In this document: one piece after another, positions 50,341-62,099 of the stretch
Layout of the letters: every line of letters begins with the position of its first letter
How positions within the stretch are numbered: the first letter of the stretch is position 1
Source of the DNA: Selaginella moellendorffii
Taxonomy: Eukaryota; Plantae; Lycopodiophyta
Assembly (NCBI RefSeq): GCF_000143415.4
Contig: NW_003314272.1
Location: 1,496,374-1,560,373 of the forward strand
Length of the DNA: 64,000 nucleotides
Direction: 5' to 3'
The notes under the pieces: generated by a model
Seen by the model: only the letters and a program-made list of their open reading frames with translations
Databases searched by the model: none
What the model was told of the DNA's origin: nothing
Translations under genes and position numbers: made by a program

Positions 50341-50419
50341 CAGGGCAGGGTGCCTCTCCCGGCACGGCCAAGGGCCCCATTGCTCTAACCCCACATTTCT
50401 TAAACCCTAACCCTCTCTC

Positions 50420-50992
50420 CTTGCTCCCGCCGCTCCAGCGCTGCCTGTCCTCTTCGTCAAATCCACCAGGACGGTGCTCTTCCTCGAGGCCAACAAGAAG
50501 TTCGTGGACGCGCTCCTCAGCCTCCTCCTCCTCCTCCCCATGGGCAGAGTCGTGAATCCGCGGCGCCGCTGGCATGCACGACAACGAGCTGGGCGCCATC
50601 GCCAATCTCCACGGCAGCGTCATCGACAGGCTCGAGCTCCTGTCGGTGGCCAAGGAGGCTCTCAGCCAATTCCGCAGCGCCTATGGCTTCCCGGGAGCGA
50701 TGCTAGCCATCCGGCATAGCAGCGAGATGCCCACCTTCCTCCCCAAGGTCTACAAGTGCTCGAGCTCGACCTCCACCGTCAAGAGCATCATGCTGCTCGT
50801 CAAGAACAGGGGGATCTGGGCAGCATCGAGATCACGGTCACTCGCGATCTGGCAAGTCTTTCTCTCAGTCATTGTTTGATGAATCGTTTGATTTAACCTT
50901 GTGTCCTGTAGATGGTGAAGATATTGAGAAGATCTATGGTGTCAAAGACGGTTCTCAACGACGTCTTCAAGGCCGACCTGCCTGCTTGATTA
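50420..50992 (+). pseudogene. DUF674-family pseudogene
   Basis: LFLEANKKFVDALLSLLLLPMGRV, LGAIANLHGSV and ILRRSMVSKTVLNDVF in shifted frames; no intact start. Confidence 0.75.
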
Positions 50993-51094
50993 ACTCGGTT
51001 TGGTTTTAAAAGGTGGTTATAAAATTAGCACTAATCATACTAATTAAAGAGCTGGTAGAAAAGGCCTTACAATTTTTTCGATCGTTGTGTTGCG

Positions 51095-51736
51095 ATGGAT
51101 CTCCCGGTAAGGCTGCTCTACAAGAAGCCCACCAAAGCGATTCTCTTCCTAGAAGCTAACATGGAGTTTGTGGACCATCTCTTCGGCTTCCTTTTGGTGC
51201 CAATCGGCCGGATGCTCAAGCTCACGGGTTCCAGCAATCTGGGAGCTATTGCAAATGTCTACTCGAGCGTCGAGAAGTTCCAGTCCGGCAACATGGTGGT
51301 GGCTAAAGAGCTGCTCACGAATCCACAAATTCCACCGACTTATCGTATAGCTACTGACCATTCCGGCTATCGTCATTCACAAACACCGCGTTATTATGTG
51401 AAGGATGATTCGGCACAAGCTACTTTCGTGAAGGGAGGTGTCGAGTACATCGTAACCAATGATCTCGAGATCTTTCCAGCGCCAGCGTCGACTACCAAGA
51501 CCCTTGAGCTGCTCCGCAAAATGAAACTTGAGAACATCCGCGACCTTGGCATTGCGGAGATTGCCGTCACTCCGGCTCGCGTACTTACTTTTCCATCGTA
51601 GATGTGGAATGAGCTTGAGTTTGTGCCTTTGCTGTAGGTGCAGGAGCTGCTGAGACGATCACTGGTTTCGAACACTGTTCTCACGGATATCTTCCTGGGC
51701 GATCTCAAGGATGCCTCGTCGGGTGAGAGCTTGTGA
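51095..51736 (+). CDS. DUF674-family protein, two exons (intron 51581-51637)
   Basis: ILFLEANMEFVDHLFGFLLVPIG, GAIANVYSSVEK, FVKGGVEYIVTNDL and LLRRSLVSNTVLTDIFL. Confidence 0.85.
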
Positions 51737-52639
51737 TCACTTTCTTTTTGTTTTTTCATCCTCCTCTAGTTAGAACTTTGGTGAGCCAGATCTTTCGGTC
51801 GCAGGCTCGGCTGCACCAGTGGTACCTTGCAAGGTCACTCATGAAGAAAAAGAAGGACCAAAGAAGTGGAAATGAACCGTGCGGCTCAAACCTAAGGAAG
51901 TAAGTAGTAGTTACCTCCGATTCATATTTGAGCTAAATGAATCGAGATGTTTGGTACCAACGGCATTCTTTTCTCTATCAAAGTTTCTACCAAATAAAAA
52001 CGCCTTACCACCGCATGGTACTCCCCCAGTAGCATCCAGCCCACCAGATGAGCCATGCAGCCCAGCAAGCTCCTCCTCGAGCTGTCCCAGCCGCCCCAGG
52101 CTGTTCTCTTTTGACAACATATTGAATTGCTATTAATCTTACCAAACGTTGCAGTCGAGGATGGTTCTTTTCAGTTAAAAAGAGAATGTTCTAACTTTGA
52201 ATAGTATGACATCCCATTAGACACAAACAGATGTATTTTTGAAACTAAATAGCAAGGCCTGAAATGTTGCAAAAGAACTGGGATAATGAAACCTAGGTAT
52301 AGAACTCTTCCAATTCTAGATTTAGTCCAGGAAAACCATACCTCAGAAATGTATCTAAAACCTGAAATTACATATCAAGTGCAAATTTCTTGCAGTTCAA
52401 CAGTCATCTCAAGTCGTGCTACCTCAAGTCAAAAGGCAAGTTGTGGCAAGAAATTGGAGAAGTGACAATAGATTGCGACACAGATGGTAAGCACAAAATC
52501 TTTGTTTTTCCTGTTTGCCTCAGTTCCTAAGTGCCTTCAATGCTGCCAAAAGTATATCAGTCACCAAAATGAAGCAGTTTAAACATGTTTATAATTTATA
52601 AATTTTCCTAAACGCTTTCTAGTATTCAGGCTCACATGG

Positions 52640-53064
52640 GATCCAGACACCGGCTGGCGCAAGCTGCCTTTAGCTCCAAGCTGGGGACATTGAGATTAGG
52701 CTTCAAATCCACCATCTTCTCCAATTCAAAGCGTCTCCCTTTCTCAACCCACTCCCAACACGAAGGTTTCAGAATCAAATTTCACAGACAGAGCAACAAA
52801 TGTATCTTTCCCATGCGTCCGGCATTCCATGGTCCCAATAATACCTGGTTCCATTTCTTGAGGTAACGTTGACACAGTCTTCCATATCCAATCACCACCA
52901 CCTTGCTGCCTATCCAGAACCACGACTGGTGCAGGATCCGTCATCAGGTGAAGCATTCCAATCTCACCTCCAATTTCCAGCATATACACAAACTCGCCAC
53001 CCCACTCCCCACTGTGAGGCCCCTTGCAGATAAGAGTGGCTCTGAGCCATCTGGCGCAAACCAA
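52640..53064 (-). pseudogene. Coding-like remnant of unknown family
   Basis: 106-aa frame (..GGGDWIWKTVSTLPQEM..) with an apparent frameshifted continuation; family not recognised. Confidence 0.25.
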
Positions 53065-53123
53065 GATCGCAAAGCAGGAGATACTGGCTGTAGAAAGAAC
53101 CTGTTTTTGTTGCTGTTGTCATA

Positions 53124-53227
53124 ACAGGCTTGTATTTCGAGTTCTAGACACTGTTTGTCATAATGTCCTGTGTGCACAGGCTTGTATTTCGAGTTTTAGA
53201 CACTGTTTATTATAATGTCCTATGTGC
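53124..53227. repeat. 52-bp tandem duplication
   Basis: ACAGGCTTGTATTTCGAGTTYTAGACACTGTTTRTYATAATGTCCTRTGTGC present twice. Confidence 0.9.
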
Positions 53228-53645
53228 CAGAGAAAGAAGCTTATGTTGTCCTTGGCCCGTAGTGCTCTGAAATGTGGATCATATAGAAGGCTAGCACACA
53301 AAACACAACAGCGTTACATCCTCAGCCGGTACCCGAGATAATATATGCTTTTCAAGTTCTCATCCAATACGAAAGTGGCATAAAAAATAAGCGGATTAAT
53401 AAGCAATGCATCATCCTGAAACTGCAGCTGCATATTTCAAGCGACGAGCACGTACGAATCTGGACGCAGCAGGGTGATGACGCGTGAATTATCACCACAG
53501 CCAGCAACTTTGCACGAGGAAGAGCTTCCAGTTCTCAGGGTCGTGTGAAACTCCAGCGATGGGTGATTTAGACCAGCCCCCAGTGAACTAAAAACACGCC
53601 TTTTCAGATGTCGTTAGAGGTACAACACACATTTGAGAGCAGTCA

Positions 53646-55145
53646 CTAGCTCACGGCTGCTGCTCGCCTGTTTCTCCCGTAGGACAGGACCATGAGGAAG
53701 TCCTTGCCCAGCGCGCTTGCGCGGTCTTCCGGGGTGCTCGAGAGTTGGTCTTTGGTGAGCCAGATCTTTCGAACGCTCTCCAAGGGCAGGCTTGAGACTA
53801 CTGGCTGTCCCTTGCAGGTTATCTCCACCTATAAGGGAAAAAAAAAAATGAAATGAAACTGTGCAGCTCAAAAACGTAAACAGTGGCTGTACCTCGGATT
53901 CGCTCTTTAAATCCAGCTTCCTGACCAAGTACTTCTTCACGAAGGAGACTGGAACTTTTCCATCCCTGCAACATAAAAACTTGTTAATACCGTCGATCAG
54001 AGATGAGACTGACGAGGAATGCTGGTACTTGATTCTCAAGTAAGGCGATTTGATCTGTGGAAGGCCCTCCTCGCCTCTGTAAATCCCAGAGCTCCAAGTC
54101 AGAAACGAGGACAGAAAATAAAGAGAGTGACTCACTGGTTAGTTGTTGTCAAAGTGAACCAAAGCCCGTTGCTTTGAGTCGATGGCGAAGGCAACGTCTG
54201 GCACTTGAAACCACCACCACCATTCGCAGCAGCCTTGGCCTGTGACGACCGTCGGACATTCTTCGTAGCTCTCAGTGACGAGGCTTCTCTGCCTCTAGCC
54301 TCCTTCATGAGCCCCGAGCTGGCCCTGCCCTTCTCGTCGGCATGCGCTAGCTCTGCAAGGCAGGCTAGCGGAGATAAGAAGCTACCCCCAGACTGCTTTG
54401 CTTCGGCGTTTCCCACGGAGTTGCCACGAGTAGCCCTTTGCCTTTTCGAACCGCTTCTCATGGGTGACTTGGTATCCGAGTCGAGCGTCTCGGAGCAGTA
54501 CATGGTGTCCTCCGGAGACTCATCAGCTGCGTCGCTGCTGTTGTCGTCATCGTCCTCCTCTTCCTCGTAGCTCTCGCTCGATTCCGTCACCCAAGCTTTC
54601 CTTCTCGACTTGCGTCTCGAAGACGACGGCACTGAAGTCACCCCGAGTGAGGACAGCGACCGTTCTTTTCTGCGAGCGGGCGTGTGCGAGGGTGGCGACG
54701 CAGCAACGGGAGCAGCGGGGCGCTTCTTCGGATTGAGATTAAAAATCTTTGCTTGCACATCATCCAGCTGAGGATCGGCCCTGCAAAGATATTAAACTGA
54801 GAAGAAATGTATCCAAGGTCCAAACTTCTTACCTGAGCTTCTCCAGTGGCACTGTTCCTAGATCAACATTGCACATTGGACAAGAGTTGGTCTCTTCGTC
54901 ACTGAATCGATCGTGGATACAATCCTTGCAAACTACGATAGAAGAACACAAAAAAAGAGGAAACGAGAAAACAATTAGAAGTACTATCCAAGCCGAATAC
55001 AAAACTTACAGGTATGGAGACACTCGGAGATGGTCGTGGCCTCGCGGAAGAGATTGCCGCAGAGAGGGCACGTCAAGCATGCAACAATAGGAGCTTTGGA
55101 AACTCTAGCCATTGTCTCACACGGTTCCTTGCTACTGTAAGGCAT
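53646..55145 (-). CDS. DRIP2: DRIP/BMI1-like RING E3 ligase (PRC1 PCGF family), multi-exon
   Basis: LTCPLCGNLFREATTISECLHT..CKDCI..CPMC RING; GLWFTL; LPQIKSPYLRIK; VPVSFVKKYLVRKLDLKSESEVEITCKGQ RAWUL domain. Start at 55145 or 55112. Confidence 0.9.
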
Positions 55146-55543
55146 CTCGCGTTGGAAGAAGACTCCTCATACGATCACCTACAAAGCAAAGGAAGAAAGA
55201 AAGAAATCTTAGAACACTCCCCAATGCTAGGGTTAGAGCAAGGAGACACACGAGTGCCACTCCCAAGAGAGAAATCTTCCAATCTCCCTCCCGGGAGCGC
55301 TCTTGGAGACGCTAGAAGCACAGATCGAAGCCGAATCCCAGGGCGGAGGACTCACCGCATTGCTCCAGTGATCGCTCGCCGCGAGCCCCATTCCCTGTCC
55401 ATCGCATCGAAGAATCCACACGCTGGCTCCACGATCATGGCGCTCTAAAAAGGAAGAGAGAAATAGGGTTACTGTGATAAATAGAAGGACGAGGGTATAT
55501 TCTCGCGTAGGGCGTAAGTAGGGTTTTTGGAGGGAGAGGGGGG

Positions 55544-58452
55544 ATGAGCTCGGCTATGGAGGCGTGCCTCGTCGACAGCATCAATGCGTCCTTGAAGCTC
55601 TACATGTATCGCAATGCCACATTCCTCTGCGAGCGCCTCTACGCGGAGAGCGCTACCGAGGTGAGAAATCGAGAAATCTCTCCAGCATCGATTTCATCCA
55701 TTTCTTCTGTTCTTGCAGGCAAATCTTCACCTTCTCGCGACCTGTTATTTTCGGAGCAATCAAGCGTACCGCACATATTACCTCCTTAAAGGTTCGTTTT
55801 TGCCTTTTTCTCTCTTTAGAAGAGAAAAATGTAGTTCTTTGCTATGGTTCATTCACTGGCTTTTCTGATTTCTTCGTAGTTCTAGGGCGTAGTTCTTGGT
55901 TCTTCTTTTGCTTGTTGAAATCTTTCATTGTGCCGTGGTGTTGTTCTTCCTTTCAGGCATTAAATCGCCACAGTGTCGGTATCTATTTGCACTGGCCTGC
56001 TTTGAAATGGGTAACATGGCTGAAGCTGAAGCTGCGCTACAACCCAGTGATTCTCCATCCGAGGTACAGGAGCCACATTTTCTCTCATGCGTAATTTTTT
56101 CTTGGTGGTTTTGCCAAGGTTCCAAATGGAGCAGCCGGTTGCTATCTGCTAGGACTTATCTGTCGGTTTACGGACCGCAGACAAGCTGCTATTGCGCACT
56201 ACACGCAGGCGCTGTCTGTGGATCCATTCTTTTGGTCAGCTTACGAAGATTTGTGTCTGCTAGGTACTTTTGAGCCGTCTGAGTTGAGCTGGTTGTTTTC
56301 AACGTTTTATTTTCCAGGTGTTGAGGAAGATCCACTATCACAATCTCAGTGGGAAGTCAAGTCTCAGTATACATACAACACGCCTTCTCCAAGCGTTTCT
56401 CAGGTTTGGCACCTTAAGTTTTGATATCGACTTTATTTTTCATTTTTGAATCGGTTTTCCAGTTAGTGACTACAAAGAGTACTGTTGCTCCCGTTCATCC
56501 TCAGAGACGAAAGTTCCTCGACGAGGGAAAGCTTCGAAAGGTGGTTCTTTTGGTTTCCATTTTATGGTCTGTTTTTATTCATTTGCTTTCAAAGTAGGTG
56601 TCCGGTAGATTATTCACTGAGCCTCCCAGGCGGAGTTTGAGGCTTTCTGCCGAGTCTCCATCCACAATCAATGTTTGCTCAATTCCAAGTCCTGTAGCCG
56701 TGTCAACACCTACGTCAACTGCGAGCGTCCGGGTATCCAGCAATAGCTCCGTCCGTGTTTCTAATTCGCGTAAGATTATTTCCGGAAGTGCCGAAGGTCC
56801 TCTTGATGATGGTAAGTGTTATGTTGCGCATGGACACTAACCGAGCATAATGTATTTACAGGCCGAAGGGTTTACGAAAGCTTAGAAACTCTTGGAAGCG
56901 ATGAAATGTCAAATACCAGCAGCCAGCAGTCTTCTCCTGTGATAGATGAGGAACTTCGGCGCAGTGTCTCCGTTGGCTTTGTGTCCCGGGGCTCGAAGCT
57001 TGGGGAGGGTGCTACAGAACTCTTGGCTCTTCTAAAAGTTCTTGGTGAAGGCTTCAAGCATGTTTGTATGTACGAAAGTCAGGTATTGAACTTTATTCTT
57101 TCGCTTTTACATTTGAAAGAGCTTTGGTTGCAGGAAGCACTAGAAGCTTTTGCGAAGCTCCCACAAAATCAGTATGAGACTGGATGGGTTTTATGCCAAG
57201 TGAGTCTTTCGGTTTTCCAACTGTGTTCAAGTATTCATTGCTACATACAGATCGGAAGAGCATACTTTGAGATGGTGGATTACGCAGAAGCCGAGCGTGC
57301 TTTCAGTTGGGCTCGGAGAGTGTCACCCTACAGGCTTGAAGGAACTGACATCTACTCAACCGTGCTCTATGTGAGTTGTATCTCGTTCATTTCTTGCAAA
57401 AGTCGATTAATAAGACCATACAGGTCTGTTTTATTACTCCCAGCACATGAAGAAGGACGTGGAACTGAGCTATCTCGCGCAGGAAGTGGTATCAATGGAC
57501 AGATTGTCTCCACAAGCATGGTAAACTCTAGTGTTCTACCTTATTTTGGTGAACTAAAATCATATTGTGCAGGTGTGTGATTGGAAACTGCTTTAGTTTG
57601 CAGAAAGACCACGAAACGGCACTAAAGTTTTTCCAGCGGGCCTTACAACTCGATTCTCACTTCACATACGCGTACACTCTATGTGGACACGAGTAAGTTG
57701 AATTGATTGTTTTGTCAAGCTCCGATTTGATTGTATGTTTCTTGTAGATATGTTGCAATGGAGGACTTCGAAGAAGGCCTTACTTGCTATAGAAACGCGA
57801 TACGTATGGATGGACGGCACTACAACGCGTGGTAAGCTTTTTCATCTGATATTCTGTTTCCTTAACTTCTTCATATAAAGGTATGGACTTGGTACAATCT
57901 ATCTACGCCAGGAAAAATATGAGTTGGCTGAGTACCACTTTCGTCGTGCCTTGCAAATCAATGAACGCTCTTCAGTGCTCCACTGCTACCTGGGAATGGC
58001 GCTGCATGCTCTAAAGGTAACGATCTCATATCGACAAGAATACTCATAATCCAATTGTATCGCAGAGGAGCCACGAGGCTTTGGAACTGCTTGGCGAAGC
58101 GATACGGGCTGATCCCAAGAATCCTCTTCCAAAGTACCAGAAAGCGAACGTTCTAATGAGCGAGGAGAGATACAACGACGCTCTCGGAGTCCTGGAGCAA
58201 CTCAAAGAAGTCGCGCCTCGCGAGAGCAGCGTCTACTTCTTGATCGGGAAAGTCTACAAGCGGCTTGGACAGCCAGAGAGTGCCATGTATCACTTTTGTG
58301 TCGCGTTGGATCTCAAGCCATCCACTGCAGACGTGAATCTCATCAAGGTATGTAGAAATTTTTCCAATGATCTCAACATCTAACTGTGAAGTTTGCAGAA
58401 TGCGATAGAGAAGCTTCATGTTCCAGACGAGTCAGAAGAAGAGAACTTGTAA
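55544..58452 (+). CDS. CDC27: Anaphase-promoting complex subunit CDC27/APC3, multi-exon TPR protein
   Basis: YRNATFLCERLYAE; DPFFWSAYEDLC; QYETGWVLCQIGRAYFE; DIYSTVLY; GNCFSLQKDHETAL; RHYNAWYGLG; APRESSVYFLIGK. Confidence 0.95.
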
Positions 58453-58509
58453 AACTGACAGGCCTAACAATTAACGTCGCAAAAACAGTTGATAGTGGCC
58501 ATCGATAGG

Positions 58510-60316
58510 CTACCTCATCACCGACTCTTTCACAAAGTGACGATCTCCGCAGCTGCCAAAGGCACCACAAAGCTTGTCACAGAGAGAAAACGACCAAACG
58601 CTTACCTGTACTCTATGTGAACGTTCAGAAAGCGTGGATTTTCCTTGCACTGCGACATTGTGAAAGTTCCCGAGATCAGATTGTCTTGCTGAAGTTCGAC
58701 AGGCTCGTAGACGTAGAGGATTGTCTGCTCAAGAAAGTGTAGAACAGCGAGATGGAATTTAACGTGGAGCTTACACACCTGAGCCCAGTGTGTGGGAGGA
58801 TCCTCCGGAGCCGTCGAGAGAACAAGTGGGATTGTCCCATTGCTCGCTGCTTTGCTTTTTGGCAGGGAAGAAGCATCACCACCAAAGGACACGTTAAACC
58901 AGAGAGCAAATCCATGTAGATGGGCTGCAAGATGTTAAAAATGATCAAAGAATTCTTGCATCTTTTTTGTTTCAAGGAATACCTCTCATGATAGAAGGCA
59001 CACTGAAAGTTGTAGTTACTGTTTCCAGTTCTTCCAGAGTAACTGTGCTACAATCGATGCGCTTCACCTGAGTTACAGAATGTCAAGGACACTAAAAATC
59101 TTGTCTTATCACAATACCAGAATCGGGAATGAGATTACATTCTCGGCGGTGATCACTTCCACGCATGGTTCTTCGAAAGCACATTGCTTCGCAAGAGGCA
59201 AGATGGCAGACACTGGATAAACCACAAAAAGAGAAAAACACACGCGTGGTTAGACTTACAAAAACGAGAAATCAATATCTTACTGTCAAATCCGTAGACA
59301 TTGCGCCAGAAATCGATGCTCTCGCCATATCTGTCGGGGTTAGTGATGGGAGCCATGTAAAGCTTAAAAAAAAAAAAACCAAGGAAAGAGTTAAATCCCT
59401 CGCAGCGAAATCTTTTGGGACTTACAGTGGCAAAAGAAGGAAGCATCAAGCCTCCGGGCTTCAGCCAGCGATCCCTCGCACACACGACGCTCGGCAACAT
59501 AGTCTGCACGTTCGGAGAACGTTCTCGTCCTAAGTGCCGATTCAAAGAATTCCAGATAGTTACTTCACCGAGTCCTATGCACTCGATAAATCTACCTCGT
59601 ATAGCAGCATATAGCCCATCCATTCGGAGATGATCACGTCAGCCTTCTCCTCGAGTTGGATCTCCTGGAAGGCGAGAAAAAACGTTAACGAAACATCACA
59701 GTAAATCGAAATCGATCGCAAGAGATCACTGACCTCCACTCTTCCTACTATCACTGTTATAACATCCGAGAAGCCATTAGCTTTCACAACCTCTCGAGCC
59801 TGTTTCCAAAGACACAATTCTCAGCACGAAAACACGGGAAGAACACAAAGAAGAAGTGTACCTGGACAGCGATATCACTCGCATCCACTGCATACACCTG
59901 TGGTGAAAGAAAAAGAAAGAAAAAAGGATGAGCGATCCGAAAGTAGCGGATTCTACCTTTCTCGCTCCAGCAGCAGCGCAGAAAATCGAGAGTATACCAG
60001 TTCCACACCCCACATCAATCACAACCTGGGAGAGAGAAGAGAACAGCTAAAATTCGAGCAAACAGAAAAAGAGCGAGCTCTACCTTGTCTTTGATCGCCT
60101 CCTGGTGCGCGAAAATGGCATCGCGATAGGCCTCGGTGCGAATGCGATCCTATCATACCACATTGAGCTCCCAAAACCCAAAACCCGAGAAGCTCTCACC
60201 TTGATCATCTCCTCGTGGATGCCGACGTGATTGTAGGAGTGGAAATACGCCGCATCCTGCTGCGCCGCCGAGAGGCGCACGGGAAAGATCTGCGTGCTCA
60301 TTCTCCTGCTGCCCAT
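58510..60316 (-). CDS. PRMT6: Protein arginine N-methyltransferase, PRMT6-like, multi-exon
   Basis: YFHSYNHVGIHEEMIK; VIDVGCGTGILS; DVIISEWMGYMLLYE; RDRWLKPGG; LSTAPEDPPTHW. Confidence 0.9.
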
Positions 60317-60431
60317 CGCTCTCTCCTCCTCGCCTCTCTCGCCCTAGGGTTTATCACTGGGTAGAGAGAATGATATAACTCGGTGTTAAACAACAATCTC
60401 TATAAATTAGCCTAGTGGTAACTACTTAGTG

Positions 60432-61918
60432 CTAGCTAAGATTATGTTTGAGTAGCTCGGTGCTCATGGTTGGAACAGTGTCCCAGGTGTAGCGGCCGAG
60501 CTTTCCCACACGGTACAAACTTAGAAGCCTCCGCACGATTCGAAAGTCCGTGATGATCCTCCGGCTCGTCCGGACGCTCTCGTAGAATCCGTGCAGCGCT
60601 CGGAACTGATGATCCACGAGCCTTTGCATCTCGCCCTCGCGGCGAAGATCTCCCTCGAAGCTCAGCAGCTCCGTCGCGATTATCCCCTTCACTTGCACGA
60701 AGTTATCGTCGAGCCTTATCAGTTTCTGCGGGAAAAGATGTTTAGAGATCGAAGGAAATGGATGGATCTTCGCTTACTCTGTCGGTTTTCTTGGTCTTGT
60801 CTAGCGGGTCTTTCATGAATCTCTTGGCCTCGAATTCGGCTTTCCACACCGAGTGGACGCTGGAGCGCATGGAGTTGATCACCGCAAGGAGGAAGCGAGC
60901 AAGCTTTACCTCGCCCACGACCGAGTCTTGCATCGCTCCTGCGGGTGCAAATAGAGAAAAGATCAAATTTTTTCCATTGGTAAACTTTGGAAACTTGGAT
61001 ACCTGTGAGACAGAGCTTAAGCCCAGTTTCAGCGTCAAGAATGGTAGGATACATGACTGATGGAGTGTCCATTGCGTACATGGGAGGACGGTAGCATATC
61101 TGATAGCAAAAGTGGTGGCAACAGATGGGAAACGAAAAAAGAAAACACCAGACCTTGCAGTTGAAGAAGGACGTCGTTTGATATGGAGTGAGGCTAACCT
61201 TGCTCAGCGTTAGCTTCTCCAGCACTGGATCAAAAAGATAGAACACAAAGAATGAGAAGAGCCACGAGAACTTTGGGCTTACTTTGCACACGACGCCTTC
61301 CAATGCGGTGGAGGCCATTTACGAGCGTTGTCTTGCCAACGCTGGGAAGGCCGACGACCATCACAACTTTGGTAGAATCCGATGGAGAAGCTTCGAGCAA
61401 TCGGGCTTTCAAGAGAGACATAAGCTAAGAGAAGAAAAACGAAAAATTCATGAGCCTGGAAGAGAAAGAATGGAGGAACTTACCGCTGATACGCAGTGCC
61501 TGCTATAGGAGTTCAAGAAGAAATAGTTCTCTCCTTTGAAGTAGTTCTTCCATTCCTGCCAAGAGGAAGATCAAAGAGAGAAGAAAGAAAAAGAGAATGT
61601 AGACTCACTGCTAGCTTTTCTTTGTCGGCGAGATCGATCTTGGTGAAGACGGTGATGTGGTGCTTCCATTTGAGGAAGCGCTGGAACTGGAGATTCGCGG
61701 ACGTGAATGGGACCTGTGCGGCGGCATCGCAAAACCCTAGCTAAACCCCGGAGAGAAATGGCGACCCATACCCGTGCGTCGCGGACCTCGAGCAGCAGAT
61801 GAACGCGCCGCGCCTCCTCCTTGAGCGCATCGAAGGTTCTCCTCCGATCGGGCACCAGCCAGCTCTTGGGCGCGATCTTCTGGGCGATCGTCTTGATCAC
61901 TGGGGCGCTCAGCGCCAT
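60432..61918 (-). CDS. YlqF/RbgA-type circularly permuted GTPase (DAR GTPase / MTG1-like), multi-exon
   Basis: LLLEVRDARVPFTS; TKIDLAD (G4) precedes VVGLPSVGKTTLVN (G1) and MDTPSV (G3); C-terminal YRVGKLGRYTWD. Confidence 0.85.
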
Positions 61919-62099
61919 AGGGCGATAGTTTAAAAACCCATGAAAGAAATGAAACTTTATAGTATGAGTTAAAGAACGAAGAAGAGGAGATTTGCATCAA
62001 TGCAGCTCTCGAGCAAAGGATATCCTTGCAGTTCTTGCTTCCAGCAGCAAATTCGAGGACAAAGAATGGCAGGACTTTGAGAAGAATGTAAGAACTTTG

